Positions 42,765 through 56,883 of a DNA stretch of 64,000 nucleotides are shown in pieces. Made by a program: the position numbers and the translations under genes. Position 1 is the stretch's first letter. Each line of letters starts with the position of its first letter. The notes under the pieces were generated by a model, which had not been told where the DNA came from, searched no databases, and saw only the letters and a program-made list of their open reading frames with translations. This DNA is from Octopus vulgaris. Lineage: Eukaryota. Where the stretch lies: positions 172,050,001-172,114,000 of the forward strand of contig OX597817.1 of the NCBI GenBank assembly GCA_951406725.2. Direction: 5' to 3'.

Positions 42765-43125
42765 CGTACAATACCAATGATTTTAGGAGCACTAATCCAA
42801 AAAGGAATAATAATGATTTAACAATGATCCCTGGCTTACCATCCATGCAAGAAATGCAATAGATTGTTTTAATGGAATGTCACACGTACTGAGAAGAGCT
42901 TTGTCACAGTGAATTTTCTCTCTTTTTCCCCCTTTATTTTCTTTGACTTTTTCTTTTTAGTTTTTTTCTTTTTCCTCTTTGCCTTTCTTCTCCTTTTTCT
43001 CTATCACATGACTTTGTAAATGAACAACCTGGTGTGTTTAGGCAAAACAATGTATTACAATGCGTTTCTCTGCCCTATGAGTCAGGAAGACACTCGCAAG
43101 AAATGGAAACAGAATTGAAAGATGA
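42765..43125 (+). mobile_element. Older R4/Dong 3' fragment related to family A
   Basis: TIPMILGAL..MIPGLPSMQE..HVLRRALS; tail GGAAGACACTCG-CAAGAAATGGAA matches the reverse complement near 7697-7722. Confidence 0.8.
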
Positions 43126-43154
43126 TAACGAAAATAATAATAATAATAATAATG

Positions 43155-43290
<136 letters not shown>

Positions 43291-43292
43291 TG

Positions 43293-43371
<79 letters not shown>

Positions 43372-43387
43372 TAATAATAATAATTAT

Positions 43388-44487
43388 AACCACCATAGAA
43401 CTGCAAAAATATCTACTTCAGAAGGAAGGAAAACTGATACAAATAGCGGCAAAACACGAGCAAAACAAAAAACTGTTCTCAGTATTTAAGGAAGCTGACA
43501 AATACAAACAAGAAATCATACCACCCAATAAATATGAAAAAGAAGAAGAAGATGAAGAAACAACAAAAACTATAAAACAAATGAAATCCAAACTAAAAAT
43601 AGAACAGCAACGAACCATGATAAAACGATGGCAAGAAAAGCCCCTTCATGGTAAATACTGGACTAAACTAAACGAAAAAGAAATAGACAAAGAAAAATCC
43701 CAGCAATGGTTGAGAAGCTCAGGACTCAAAGCAGAGACGGAGGGATTTTTAAATGCAGCACAAGACCAAAGCCTCCCCACCAGAAATTACCAAAAACATG
43801 TAATGAAAAGAAATATAACAAGTAACTGCAGAATATGTGGAGATGGACAAGAAACAATAAATCATATTTTCTCTGGCTGCCCAGTCCTGGCTAAGAAGGA
43901 ATATATTCACAGACATGACAGAGTTGGTACCTACATACACTGGAAGCTATGCCAACATTATGGAATAACAGAAAAAAGATGGTATAGGCACACACCAGAA
44001 AAGGTCACAGAAAACGAGAAAGCGACCATACTCTGGGATATGCCGATACACACAGATAGAGAAATTAAGGCCAACAGACCAGATATAGTTGTCAGGGATC
44101 ATGAAGAAAAAAAATGCTTTCTAATTGATGTATCAATACCGGCAGATGACAACGTGTCTCTAAAAGAAATGAAGAAACTTTCAAAATACAAAGACCTGGA
44201 AATAGAGGTAACCAGAATGTGGAATCTAAAAACAGAAACAATTCCTATCATAGTAGGTGCATTAGGCATGATAAAAAAATATTCAGACAAATACATAACA
44301 AAAACACCAGGACTTACAAACACATATAACATACAGAAAATTGCACTACTAGGCATTGCACACATCCTACGCAGAACACTTTCCATAAAATAACCATCAG
44401 AGTATCACAATAAATCACAACACATACCCAAGGCACACAGAGCTGCGCTCGGTAGTGAAGTGAAAGCACGCTATAAAAATAAAACTA

Positions 44488-44491
<4 letters not shown>
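43388..44491 (+). mobile_element. R4/Dong family C 3' fragment, open frame to the stop at 44393
   Basis: CRIC..HIFSGC, RHD and RPDIVV..IDVSIP..KLSKYKDL; flanked by (AAT)n on both sides. Confidence 0.93.
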
Positions 44492-44558
<67 letters not shown>

Positions 44559-44764
44559 AAGGTCAGCAATTTTGAAGGTAACTAGTGAGTCGATACCATC
44601 AACCCCAGTACTTCTCTGGTACTTTATTTTATCGACCTCGAAACAGGCAATGTTGACCGCGGTGTGATTTGTTATCGGAACGTAGAGAGCCGGAGAAAAT
44701 GCCGCGAAGTATTTTGTCCGATGCGTTAACAATTCCTTTAGCTTGCGAACCTAAACTGTTTCAA

Positions 44765-44839
<75 letters not shown>

Positions 44840-45880
44840 CAACCCCAATAATAATAATAATAATACAAGGTCAGCAATTTTGAAGGTAACTAGTGAGTCG
44901 ATACCATCAACCCCAGATACCTATTTCTTTACGACCCACAAGGAGCTAAACACAGAGAGGACAAACAAGGACAGACAAACGGATTAAGTCGATTATATCG
45001 ACCCCAGTGCGTAACTGGCACTTATTTTATCGACCCAGAAAGGATGAAAGACAAAGTCGACCTCGGCGGAATTTGAACTCAGAACGTAACGGCAGACAAA
45101 ATACGGTTACGCATTTCGCCCGGGGTGTTAACGTTTCTGCCAGCTCGCCGCCTTAAAGAACTGAAATAAATACCTCAAAGCATTTCTTCGGGTTCTCTAA
45201 CGATTCTGCCAGGCTCGACAATAATATTGGTTTCAAATTTTGGTTCAATGTCAGCAATTTCGGGGGAGGGGGTAACCGATTACTTCGACTCCAATGTTCA
45301 ACTGCTACATTGAAGCAAGTTGCTTCTATGAATAAATGCAGGCTCTCCACCATCACCAATCACGTGATTAAATCTCTGTATTCTTGAAATTGTCGTACAA
45401 ATTGTCATACAAACGTAACGGCTTTCACTTGAATAACTACCATCTTTAACGGTATCGGTACATTATCATGACTTGAACAACCGGGACAACTTGCTTATCC
45501 GTCTAGTCTGATTGTTGATCCACATCCTCAGAAGCAAAGTAACACATAGCAAGTATCTTGAGAAGTGTTACTACCTTGAGTCAGAAGAGACCATGGAATA
45601 ATAGTGACTGAGCGGGGGTTTTACACCCTTTAAAACCTTGGAACTCCCGAACGAGAGCCCAGTTGCCGAAATGCTCTTAGCTTAGTCTTTTGGGGGGCCG
45701 GCCAGATTGGAGCAATCTCAAGATTAATCAGCCGAAATTGCGAGGATGATCCGGTTCTTGACTGAGGATAGAATGCTTCGAATGATCCATCATTTTTTGT
45801 GTATCGTCTATCTGGATGTTTTGTTGTTGCTTTTTGTATCACCTAGTTGTCCGGATGTTTTGCGTTCTTGTCTCATTTTG

Positions 45881-45926
<46 letters not shown>

Positions 45927-45930
45927 AGTG

Positions 45931-46020
<90 letters not shown>

Positions 46021-46170
46021 TATATACATATATATACATATATATACATATATATGCATACATACATGCATATATATATATATATATGTATGTATGTATG
46101 TATGTGTGTGTGTGTGCGCGCGCGCGCGCGTGTGTGTGTGTAATTTGGGCACTAAGAAGCACCAGCTTTG

Positions 46171-46242
46171 CTAAAAATAGGAGTTATAAAAAACTCCGAA
46201 GCCACAGTACTGTGACTTCGGAGTTTTTATGACTCCCATTTT

Positions 46243-46245
<3 letters not shown>
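46171..46245. repeat. Short imperfect palindrome
   Basis: CTAAAAATAGGAGTTATAAAAAACTCCGAAGCCACAGT|ACTGTGACTTCGGAGTTTTTATGACTCCCATTTTTAG. Confidence 0.85.
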
Positions 46246-46337
<92 letters not shown>

Positions 46338-46588
46338 GATGATGATGATGATAACCAATTCTATAAGCACTCAGATGGTACGGTGAAAAAGCTACGTATC
46401 GCTAACCAAAGTTGGTGAAGGATTTTTTTTATTCTACATTCCATCACTGCGAGTTGTGAAACTAAACTATATCAGCTTTGGGGTTGTATTTTGATCTTAC
46501 GTCAACATCGACAAAGTACTAATATCTTCTCTCTCTATTACCATATGAATAGATGTGGAACTGCTCCCTCCATCTTTGCTCTCTCTCA

Positions 46589-46651
<63 letters not shown>

Positions 46652-46724
46652 AAATGCTATACATGTCAGTGCATATTTCTCTTACTCATCTGTCTGTATG
46701 ATTACGTGCATGTCTTCTTGTCTG

Positions 46725-46801
<77 letters not shown>

Positions 46802-46834
46802 ATATATATATATATAAAATAATGTATTTATATA

Positions 46835-46970
<136 letters not shown>

Positions 46971-47188
46971 TACATATACATATGCATATAAATGTATATA
47001 TAGATGGCACGTACGCACATGCATATCTGCATGCCCAACTACCTATTAACATAATTCTTTTAAATCTCCTTCTTTCTCTTTCTCTCTCTCTCCCTCTCTC
47101 TCTCAATCTCTCCCTCCCTTAATAAACACACGCGTGCACACGAATGCGTGTGCATGCGTGTGCGTGTGCGACTACCGATATTTATGTG

Positions 47189-47222
<34 letters not shown>

Positions 47223-47432
47223 GTAATAATTGAGCAGGTGCAAAGTGCACCCTGACATTCCTTCATTATTCGTACGATGCATGCAAATTCATTTATAGAA
47301 TTATTTATTCATATCCATGTGTATGCATGTATATATTCAAACACCCATGAAGACAGATATACAAACAGATTCACTTTCCCACTGACAACTATGCAACTTC
47401 TGCTGTAGGTGCATACGCACCTTAGTATTAAC

Positions 47433-47473
<41 letters not shown>

Positions 47474-47569
47474 TTATTATTATATATATATATAGAATAT
47501 ATATATATATTATTATTATTATTATTATTATTATCATTATTATATATATATATATATATATACATACAC

Positions 47570-47611
<42 letters not shown>

Positions 47612-47715
47612 CCGGAGTAAACACATAAATGTGAAACAAGGTGGAAAAAAGAGTACTCAAATACCAGTGGTAGAGTAATATGCTTTATTTAAAGCAGCAG
47701 AAAATTCAACAAAAC

Positions 47716-47753
47716 CTGTTACTCTGAGTTTCCCGTGGCCGTTCATCGGACAG
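47716..47753 (-). ncRNA. Hammerhead variant (CCGAUGA core) in a repeat also present at 56665-56865
   Basis: Minus strand: CTGT-CCGATGA-ACGGCCACGG-GAAACTC-a-GAGTA-ACAG. Confidence 0.6.
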
Positions 47754-48088
47754 TTTTTGCTAGAATGGAACCGATATGTCAATTCTATCCAGACATATAT
47801 ATATAATATATATATAATCGTCCAGATAGACGATACGAAGAAAAGCAGGACGGGTCATTCGGAGTTTTCTTTCTTCAGTCGAGTTCCAGATTATCTTTGA
47901 AATTTCGGCTGCTTATACTCGAGATTGCTCCAATCTGGCCAGTCCCAAGATAAAACTAAGCTAGATTCCTTGGAAGAAAGCAGCGACTGTATACGAAACA
48001 AGGATGGGGAAAAAACGGAGAATGTTACACAAATACAAATAACAGGACATAACAACAGGTGTTATAAATATATAAATATATATAAATA

Positions 48089-48402
48089 TATAAAATAGAA
48101 AAAAACCCACCTTTTATCAATTCAAAATGAACAATTAAATTACACCATCTAGAAAATTACATATAATAGAAATATTAAAATTAAAATAACAATAAAATGT
48201 CAATGATTAAGTAAGTTGCAAAAAAATAATAATAATAACGTATATAATTTGTATTATATACGTTTTTATTATTATTTTTTGCAATTTACTTAATCATTGA
48301 CATTTTATTGTTATTTTAATTTTAATGTTTCTATTATATGTAATTTTCTAGATGGTGTAATTTAATTGTTCATTTTGAATTGATAAAAGATGGGTTCTTT
48401 TC

Positions 48403-48412
<10 letters not shown>
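48089..48412. repeat. AT-rich near-palindrome, about 160-bp arms, in (TA)n
   Basis: Centre ..AACGTATATAAT-ttgt-ATTATATACGTT..; few mismatches. Confidence 0.92.
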
Positions 48413-48468
<56 letters not shown>

Positions 48469-48470
<2 letters not shown>

Positions 48471-49664
48471 TGGTGTCCCGAAATTAAGGCAACCGAACTT
48501 TCGGGCTTTTTATAACTATCCATTAATGTGATAAGATATGAAAATTATACATCATTATAAAAGCTTAATGTGTCTTCTTTTTGTTTCAAACTAAATAAAT
48601 TCAGATTTATAGATTAGATAATGGCTATAGGTCGAAATGCAATCACAAAACTCCACAAAGGAGGCGAAAGACATACAGCAAAAGTATAAAAAGTTTAAAA
48701 TTAACCGAACAACCGTCCGGAAAATTTTCAAGAAATTTCAAGAGACTGGTTCCACAGCTGATCGAGCTGGACGTGGCCGAAAAAGAAATGTGCGGACCCC
48801 CCAGCTTTTCAAATGTACCAGAGAGAAGGGACGTCGAAATCTCGTCGTTCGTCAGAAAACTGGCTGCCATAGCAAAATTATGTCGAACATCGATGTCTCG
48901 GGTGCTAAAGGATAATCTCAGGATCCATCCCCACAAAATGATCCGCCGTCATGGACTAACACAAGTTTATACGGCCACAAGACTGGAGAAAGTCTTCTTA
49001 TCCAGAATGACCGACTTTGGAGTGTATCTGGCTCCGTCGAGTATAGACTCGTGAATCGACAAAATCCACAGCCAGTTATGGTTTGGGCGGTTGTGACAGC
49101 CAGTGAAAGGTATCCCCTCGCTTTTGTGCTCCCGGGTGTTAAAATTAACACGCAGCGATATATTAGGAACATTCTGGGATCTGAACTGTTTTCATGGATG
49201 AATGAGCACTTTCAAGGCGCACCTTGGAGCTTCCAACAGGACTCGACACCATCTCACAGCTCCAAACAGACACAACACTGGATTCAGAAAACCGTTCCGT
49301 CGTTCATAGACAAGGATATATGGCCCCCAAGAAACCTCGATTTCAACCCGTTGGATATTTTTGTTTGGTCCATTTTGGAGACGAGTGTCTCGAGCACGCT
49401 TTATACTTCGCTCGACGCTCTGAAGGCGAAACTACGCCAGGAAGGGGCTCCGATTCTGCAAGAGTAGCTGCGTGCCACTTGTGAAGCATTCGCACCTAGA
49501 TTTAAGGCTGTGATTCGAAACAGAGGGGGTCATATCGAATAAATGTGGTAGTGTCATAATTGTGTTTCCATTAACAGTGCATTGAAATGTTCGGACCCGA
49601 AATATAACAGTAATTTGCTTAGCAAAATTGAAAAAGTTGGTTGCCTTAATTTTGGGACACCCTG
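48469..49664 (+). mobile_element. Decayed maT (DD37D) transposon
   Basis: TIRs CATGGTGTCCCGAAATTAAGGCAACC / GGTTGCCTTAATTTTGGGACACCCTG; QQD followed by 37 residues then D (NPLD); internal deletion. Confidence 0.88.
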
Positions 49665-49709
<45 letters not shown>

Positions 49710-49923
49710 CACATTGCTCCTGTTCACTCAGCTGTAGAAATGAGTTGCAATGTCACTGGTGCCAAGCTGTATCGGCCTTTACTTTTCTCTTGGATAACAT
49801 CGAAGGCGTGCAGAGATGAGGCTGGTATGCATGGGTGTCAGCTGGTCTTCTATGAAGAACCTTTCCAGGACTTGAGCGTGCAATCCCATGGTAATTTATG
49901 ACCGGAGGAGGGTCTTTACTCTT

Positions 49924-49962
<39 letters not shown>

Positions 49963-50236
49963 GCACACACATTCATCTGTGTGTGTGTGTGTGAAGACCA
50001 ATGACGTAGTGGTTAGGGGTGTTGCACTTGTGATCGTAAAATTGTGGTTTCATTTCTGGACCGGGTGACACGTTGTGTTCTTGAGCAAAACATCATTTCA
50101 CTTTACTCTAGTCCACTCAGCTAGCAATCCTGCGATGGACTAGCGTCCTGTCCAGTGAATATATACACCATAGAATCATGGAAGCCGGTCTTATGATCCT
50201 ATGCCTCAGGAAGGATCCTAGATCCTTATATATGTA

Positions 50237-50453
50237 CGAGGGGGTGCTGATAAGTTCCTGGTTTTGGGTAAAAGAAAACGCAGTGGAACTAGTTAATTAT
50301 GATTTTATTCAGCATATTCTCATATCAGATCGACACACTTATAGTAGTGGTCCCTCATTTTTTAATGCCCTGTAAAAGAACTCGGAAGTTTGGACCTCAA
50401 CCCAGGCCTTTCACGATACCCTTAAAGACAGGAACTGTTCAGCACCCATCCCG
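50237..50453. mobile_element. mariner-type MITE (other pieces at 27799-28000 and about 648-690)
   Basis: TA|CGAGGGGGTGCTGATAAGTTCCTG ... CAGGAACTGTTCAGCACCCATCCCG|TA. Confidence 0.8.
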
Positions 50454-51070
50454 TATGTATATAAATGTAGTTACGTAAATGCTTATATGTATGATAGATT
50501 TCGGTACGGCACAGATACAGTACGAAAGGAAGCAAAAGCAAAATTACAAAATGAAGTATATTTGCGTATATCAAAAACCTATTAATGGTTTTCAGTTCTG
50601 AAGTAATATATAAATGACTATATAGTTTCAACATTTCTTCGACACACGACAGAACGTGAGTTTGTTTAACTAACAGCCTGAAATGAGAAGACAAATAGAA
50701 AAAATATATATTTAAGACGCTGGCTAATTAACAGGCTGTCAAATTAAACTTGATATGCAAAAGACAGTAGCTTAATCTGGGTTACAGGAAGCGCACAGAT
50801 GCGAAGCAATCTTCTTAACCAAAACCAAAAACTAAATTGTAAAAACCAGTTTACTGAAGATGTTCACCTGTGTTGTTTTTTCTTTCTTTTCTTTTTCCTC
50901 TTTGTTTTTGTTGTTGCAAAGACGAGGATGTATAGTAAGAAGTTTGCTTCCCAACCACAAGGCTCCGGTTTCAGTTCCACGGCGTGACACCTTAGGCAAG
51001 TGTCTTCTACTATAGCCTCGGTTTTGTACAATAAACTTGTGAGAGGATTTTTGGTGGACGGAAACGCACC

Positions 51071-51113
<43 letters not shown>

Positions 51114-51186
51114 CATACATACATATACATATATGTATATATTTATTTTGTTTGTGGACAGTCAACATGCTAGATATATATATATG

Positions 51187-51246
<60 letters not shown>

Positions 51247-51917
51247 TTAAGGGTAGAAATTGATATTTATCAATTAAGACCAGTGGTCTAGCATATTAAA
51301 AAAGATCCGAAGATTAAAATATTTATATATACCAATTATATATATACATGCATATATACATGCATGCACACATACATATCAACGAAAGCAGCCAGTAAGA
51401 TCCATGGAAGCAGACTCTGAAAGAGTATGAAGATCCAATGGTAATCCGGGTGGAGTGCTGGTTAAGTAGATGAAGAGAGGTACCGGAAATTCGGAAAGTA
51501 CTTAAGATGATAGTCCAAGTGAGTAGAAAGTTAAGTCAGGCAGAACCAAACCGGGGTGACCACGTGAACGTATGTAAAATATAGTTCAAATTTGCAGAAA
51601 ACAAAAGACAAAGACAGGTGTACGATTAACAAGCTGTTGTATTAGTTTTACGCTCGGGAAGAATAGAAAAGTTTTTTACGTTTCGAGCATATGCTCCTCA
51701 ACAGAAAGGATTAAGAGGTAAAAAAAAAAAAAAAACGGAGAGAGAATGAAAAAAAGACGAGAGAGTAAAAATATGTAGAGATTAACGGTTCAGCATGATG
51801 TAATCGCCTTTCATCATGCTGAATTGTTAATCTCTTTCATTCTGTTTTTTTTCCCCTCTTAATCTTTTCTGAATAGGCTCGAAACGTAAAAGAATTTTCC
51901 ATTCTTCCCGAGCGTTA

Positions 51918-51956
<39 letters not shown>

Positions 51957-51958
51957 TA

Positions 51959-53585
51959 CAGTTGCGGCCGAAATGTTCAGGTTGCATTGTTTTCGTCAGA
52001 AAAGTAAGTATAAGTTTTTATCAAAGTAGTTTTATATTCTATAATTTTCACAAACAATAAATACAATATTAATTATTATTGTCTGAGATTTTGATGTAAT
52101 TTGAGTGGATAATACAAAAGTTATGGATGATTTAGTGATTTACTGCAAAACCCATGGCGGCCAAAATGATCAGAACGGTTGAAAAATAACAAAATAATAA
52201 AAAATGACAGAGAATACTGGAATTATTTAATATTTAGTGTGAAGCCCTTTAGCTTCAATCAAACTTTGACATCTTTGACTGCATGAGGAAATTAAATTTT
52301 CAATTTCTTGCTGGGTGATCTTATTCCATTCTTCCTGAAGGACATTCCATAATTGCTCAGTTGTTTTAGGATTTCTGGCTTTCGAACGTTCTCCTAGAAT
52401 ATTCCATACATTTTCAATAGGATTGAGATCTGGGCTTTGAGCAGGCCAATCCATAACAATAACCTTTTCAGCCTTAAGGAAGTTCATGATCACCTTAGCC
52501 TTGTGACATGGCGCATTGTCCTGCATGAATATGGGTGGTCGCTTAGTTGAATTTCTCAGCACAGGCAAGACTTGATCTTTTACAAGTTGTTTATAAACTC
52601 CTGCATTTAACTTTCCATGTAATCGCACCAAAGGGCCCACACCATCTCCAGATATCATCCCCCAAACCATGACACTTCCTCCACCGAATTTAACACTAGT
52701 CTTAAGGCATTTAGGCGACAATTTTTCACCTACTTTTCTACGAACGTACCTTTTCCTATCTGAGCCAAATAACATAAACTTAGATTCATCACTGAAATGC
52801 ACCGTTTGCCATTTTTCTTGAGACCACAACACATGTTTGGTTGCAAAGGTAAGACGACACTTTTTATTCTTGGAGCTGATTAGTGGCTTCACTGCAGGTG
52901 CTCTTGCTTGTAGGTCATGTTCAACTAAACGACGAGACACAGTTTTTCGAGATAAAGTTTTCTTCAGTACAATGCTCATTTTCCGAGAAACAGCAGCAGC
53001 AGTTTTAAATCTGTCCTTTTTAACCAACTTTACCATAGCACGATCTTCTCTCTTGATCGTTTTTCTTGGCCTACCTGTAAACTTTCTTGCTTCACACGAA
53101 CCACAATCATCGTAGACCTTGAGAATACCGTGTACAACACTTTTTGACTTGTTAACAATCTTTGCAATAGATCCAATACTTAAATTATCCTCCCTTCGAA
53201 GCTTAATAATCTGCTGACGAATTGGTAACGGAGTAAGTAGCATTATATTAACAAACTACACTGCAAATATTCTTACTAATGTTTAGTAAACGAACAGTCA
53301 CGTAAACAAATTCAAAACATTCGAGTTCGCCGGTTAAATATACTAAAACACGGAGTAAAAGCAACCGTTCTGATCATTTTGGCCGCCATGGGTTTTGCAG
53401 TAAATCACTAAATCATCCATAACTTTTGTATTATCCTCTCAAATTACACCAAAATCTCAGGCAATAACAAATAATATCGTATTTATTGTCTGTGAAAATG
53501 ATAGAATATAAAACAACTTTGATAAAAAATTATATCAACTTTTCTGACGAAAACAATGCCGTTCTGAACATTTTGGCCGCCACTG
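51959..53585 (-). mobile_element. Full-length Tc1 transposon with about 223-bp IR/DR-type TIRs
   Basis: TA|CAGTTGCGGCC...GGCCGCCACTG|TA; TIRs 51959-52181 and 53362-53585 each contain two GCGGCC.AAATG.TCAG direct repeats. Confidence 0.97.
52227..53243 (-). CDS. Tc1 transposase, DD34E, uninterrupted 338 aa
   Basis: ATG to TAA; HTH region, GRPRK, FSDESKF, VMVWG, QDNAPCH, then 34 residues after that D to the E of SPDLNPIE. Confidence 0.95.
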   Translation of the reverse strand: MLLTPLPIRQQIIKLRREDNLSIGSIAKIVNKSKSVVHGILKVYDDCGSCEARKFTGRPRKTIKREDRAMVKLVKKDRFKTAAAVSRKMSIVLKKTLSRKTVSRRLVEHDLQARAPAVKPLISSKNKKCRLTFATKHVLWSQEKWQTVHFSDESKFMLFGSDRKRYVRRKVGEKLSPKCLKTSVKFGGGSVMVWGMISGDGVGPLVRLHGKLNAGVYKQLVKDQVLPVLRNSTKRPPIFMQDNAPCHKAKVIMNFLKAEKVIVMDWPAQSPDLNPIENVWNILGERSKARNPKTTEQLWNVLQEEWNKITQQEIENLISSCSQRCQSLIEAKGLHTKY

Positions 53586-53596
53586 TATATATATAT

Positions 53597-53670
<74 letters not shown>

Positions 53671-53805
53671 GCATGCATGCATAAATACATACATACATAC
53701 ATACATACATACATACATACATACATACATACATACATACATACATACGCACATACATACATACATACGCACATACATACATACATACATACATACGCAC
53801 ATACA

Positions 53806-53839
<34 letters not shown>

Positions 53840-54212
53840 CATACATACATATGTGTGTCTTTGTATCAGTGTTCGACCCCCCACCACTGCTTGACAACCG
53901 GTTTTGGTATGTGTACGCCCCCGTAACTTAGCTGTTCGCCAAAAGTGACTGATAGAATAAGTAGCAGGCTTAAAAGAGAAATAAGCACTAGGATCGATTC
54001 GTTCGACTAAAGTTCCTCAAGGCGTTAAAGGATAAAAGTATTCTTAAACTGAGAGATAAAGCCTCTTTAGAATTTAAACCGAAACCCGCAGGTAGTAGTA
54101 GAAGGAATTATAATTAATCAACACGTCCACTACGTATGCGCATGCGTATGAGAGAGAGAGAGATGGGAGAGAGAGCGAGGTGCACGTGTGTATGTATGTG
54201 TGTGGTTTTATG

Positions 54213-54269
<57 letters not shown>

Positions 54270-54639
54270 AACTGTGTATGTATGTGTGTGCCTGTGTGTA
54301 TATGTACTCCTTACCCTTTTACTCGTTTCAGTCATGTGACTGTGGCCATACTGGATCATCGCCTTAGTCGAGCAAATCGACCCGTGTTTGTACTCCACCT
54401 CTTTACAACAGGTATCGGTTTGTTCATACACCTGTAACTTAGTGGTTCAGCGAAATATTCCGACAAAATAAGTATCAAACTTCCAACAAAAAATACGTAT
54501 CGGAGCCGATTTGTTCGACCACCCTTATGCAGCGGTGTTCCCAAATTGTTGCAATCCATTGGCTGTAATCAAGTAAAAGAAGAAAAGAGTGAATAAAGAT
54601 AGTATTAGTTCTCATATGCAAGCAAAGGTCATATAACGA

Positions 54640-54951
54640 TAAACGTCGCCCTTTTCAAGCCTAGCCAGGCCCATGGGCCTGGTTTCCCGGTTTCTGTGGC
54701 GTATGTATCTCCCCCACCCAACTGGACGGGACGCCAGTCCATCGCAGCGTTACTCAAGAAACAGGAAGAGAAAGTGAGAGAAAGTTGTGGTGAAAGAGTA
54801 CAACAGGGGTCACCACCACCCCTTGCCGGAGCCTCGTGGAGCTTTTAGGTGTTTTCGCTCAATAAACACTCACAACACCCGGTCTGGGAATCGAAACCGT
54901 GATCCTCCGACCGCGAGTCCGCTACTCTAACCACTGGGCCATTGCGACTCC
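54640..54951 (-). mobile_element. tRNA-SINE family D, complete
   Basis: Head TGGAGTCGCAATGGCCCAGTGGTTAG..GGTTTCGATTCCC. Confidence 0.85.
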
Positions 54952-55109
54952 ACAAAGGTCATATACACGCAGAAAAATAGATTGGAAAACGAAATATTGC
55001 GGCCAATTAAATGTTTGGAGTTTCAGAAAACGCGAATTAAAATCGCCATTTTGGATGAGTCAATGTGGAAACTTACTAACAAAACTGATTCATGTAAGAG
55101 AAACTAAGC

Positions 55110-55195
55110 GGTCTATCGTTCTCTCCCTCTTTCCCTCTCTGTCTCTCTGCCTCTCCATTTTCCCCTCCCTCTCTATCTCTATCTCCTCTTTCCGA

Positions 55196-55234
<39 letters not shown>

Positions 55235-55670
55235 ATTCGGTCTTTCTTTCTCTCATTTGCTCCTCTTTCCTCCTTCTCACTCTTTTTTCTCTCCGCACTT
55301 GTTTATTTTCTTTCTCTCTTTCTCTCTCTTGCTCCTCTCTTCTCCTTCTCACTCTTTCTGTCTCTCCGCACTTGTTTATTTTCTCTCTCTTTTTCTCTCA
55401 CTCTTTCTCTCTCTTTTCTCTCTCTCTCTCACTTTCTGCTCTCCTTTTCTCTTTTAAAATCTCTCTTCTCTTTCTGTGTGTCTCTCTCTTCCTCCTCCTC
55501 TCTCTCACCTTTGCACTCTCAATTTCCTATTACATTCCCGTCTTTCCCTCCCCCTATTTCTCATTCTCTGACTCTTCTCTTCTCCCTCTCTCTCTCAGAC
55601 TCCTTCTGCCCCTCTCTCAATTTCATATTCCCTTGTCTCTCCCTCTCCCCCAGCCTGTGCTCTCCTCTCT
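55110..55670. repeat. Polypyrimidine (CT)-rich tract with an internal duplication of about 70 bp
   Basis: TTGCTCCTCT..CTCCGCACTTGTTTATTTTC occurs twice. Confidence 0.9.
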
Positions 55671-56623
55671 AATCTAACTTCACGGTCCTAGCCGTATGCA
55701 TAGAACTTGCTTTTTGGAGAAGCTGTCATTTTTCTCTTCTGTTTGCCGGAGTCCCTGGACTTGTTCATGGTGTCATGCAGCGAAACTGAACCCGGAACCG
55801 TGTGGTTGAGAAACAAACTCTATATCACCCAGCCACGCCTGCGCCTATAGACAACAGTATTACTGGTACTTGTTTAATTGATTATAAATTGAAAAGGAAA
55901 TCCGATGTATAAGCATAAAATTAAATGACGCAATTAACCAAGTGCGTCGTTAAATTACCTCCGCGAACTGTGCTGAACTTTCTCATCTGAAAAACAAGCA
56001 GCGAATAAACAAAGAATTTTATATGAAAAAAGATAAAGCAAAAAGAAATATAAATAACAAAACAAAAAAACAGACGAAATCGAAAACAGAAATCTTCGTT
56101 TCTCTGTCACGTGTCTTGTTTGCAATATCTCTCAACACATGGTGATGAGGTTCTTGGAAAGATAGTATCACGTGACATATGATAGATCTAAACTGATGGC
56201 GGTTGAATATTTATCTATTTTTATCGTTCAATCACATCTCGCTGTTTACATAATCTTCCTCAACTGATCTTAATGAAAAATTAATTGGCGATGGGATCTC
56301 AAACGTCATCGACCTCGTTTGCCTTTAATTACAGAAATCTTAGATATCTTCTCACGTGAAATCTTTCTGCATAAGATGGTGTGTCTTGTTAATGGTTTAA
56401 CGTCTACTGGTGTAAAAAAAAAAAAAAAAGAAACAAATAACAAAACCAACAACAACAAATAGGCTCTCATGCAACTCTGCACATGTATAATTAGTAGTCA
56501 TCTTAGACTTTTTTCCCTTTTTTCCGTTTCTTTTTTCACCAACTACATGCAACAATACAAACCACAAAGTCCGGGTGTTTGCACGTATGTGTGAATGGAT
56601 ACTTATGTAAACACATCTTCATA

Positions 56624-56667
<44 letters not shown>

Positions 56668-56883
56668 CGGGTAAGCACATAAATGCAAAACAAGGCGGAA
56701 AATATAGTACTCGAATACCGAAGGTAGAGTAGTATGGTTATTTATTAAAGTTGCAGAAACATCACAAAGCTGTTACTCAGAGTTTCACGTCGGACAGTTG
56801 TGATCGAACGGGAACGGGAAACTCAGAGTAACAGTTTCGTGATGTTTTTGCAGCTTTAATAAAACGTGTATATATATATATCA

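Noticed and set aside
44545-44915. Direct repeat of about 60 bp (ATACAAGGTCAGC..CAACCCCAG) at about 44555 and 44863
   Set aside because: An ordinary local duplication of a SINE end between AAT tracts.
54899-55672. 257-aa Ser/Leu/Phe-rich ORF that looks like a membrane protein
   Set aside because: It is a SINE head plus a (CT)n tract.
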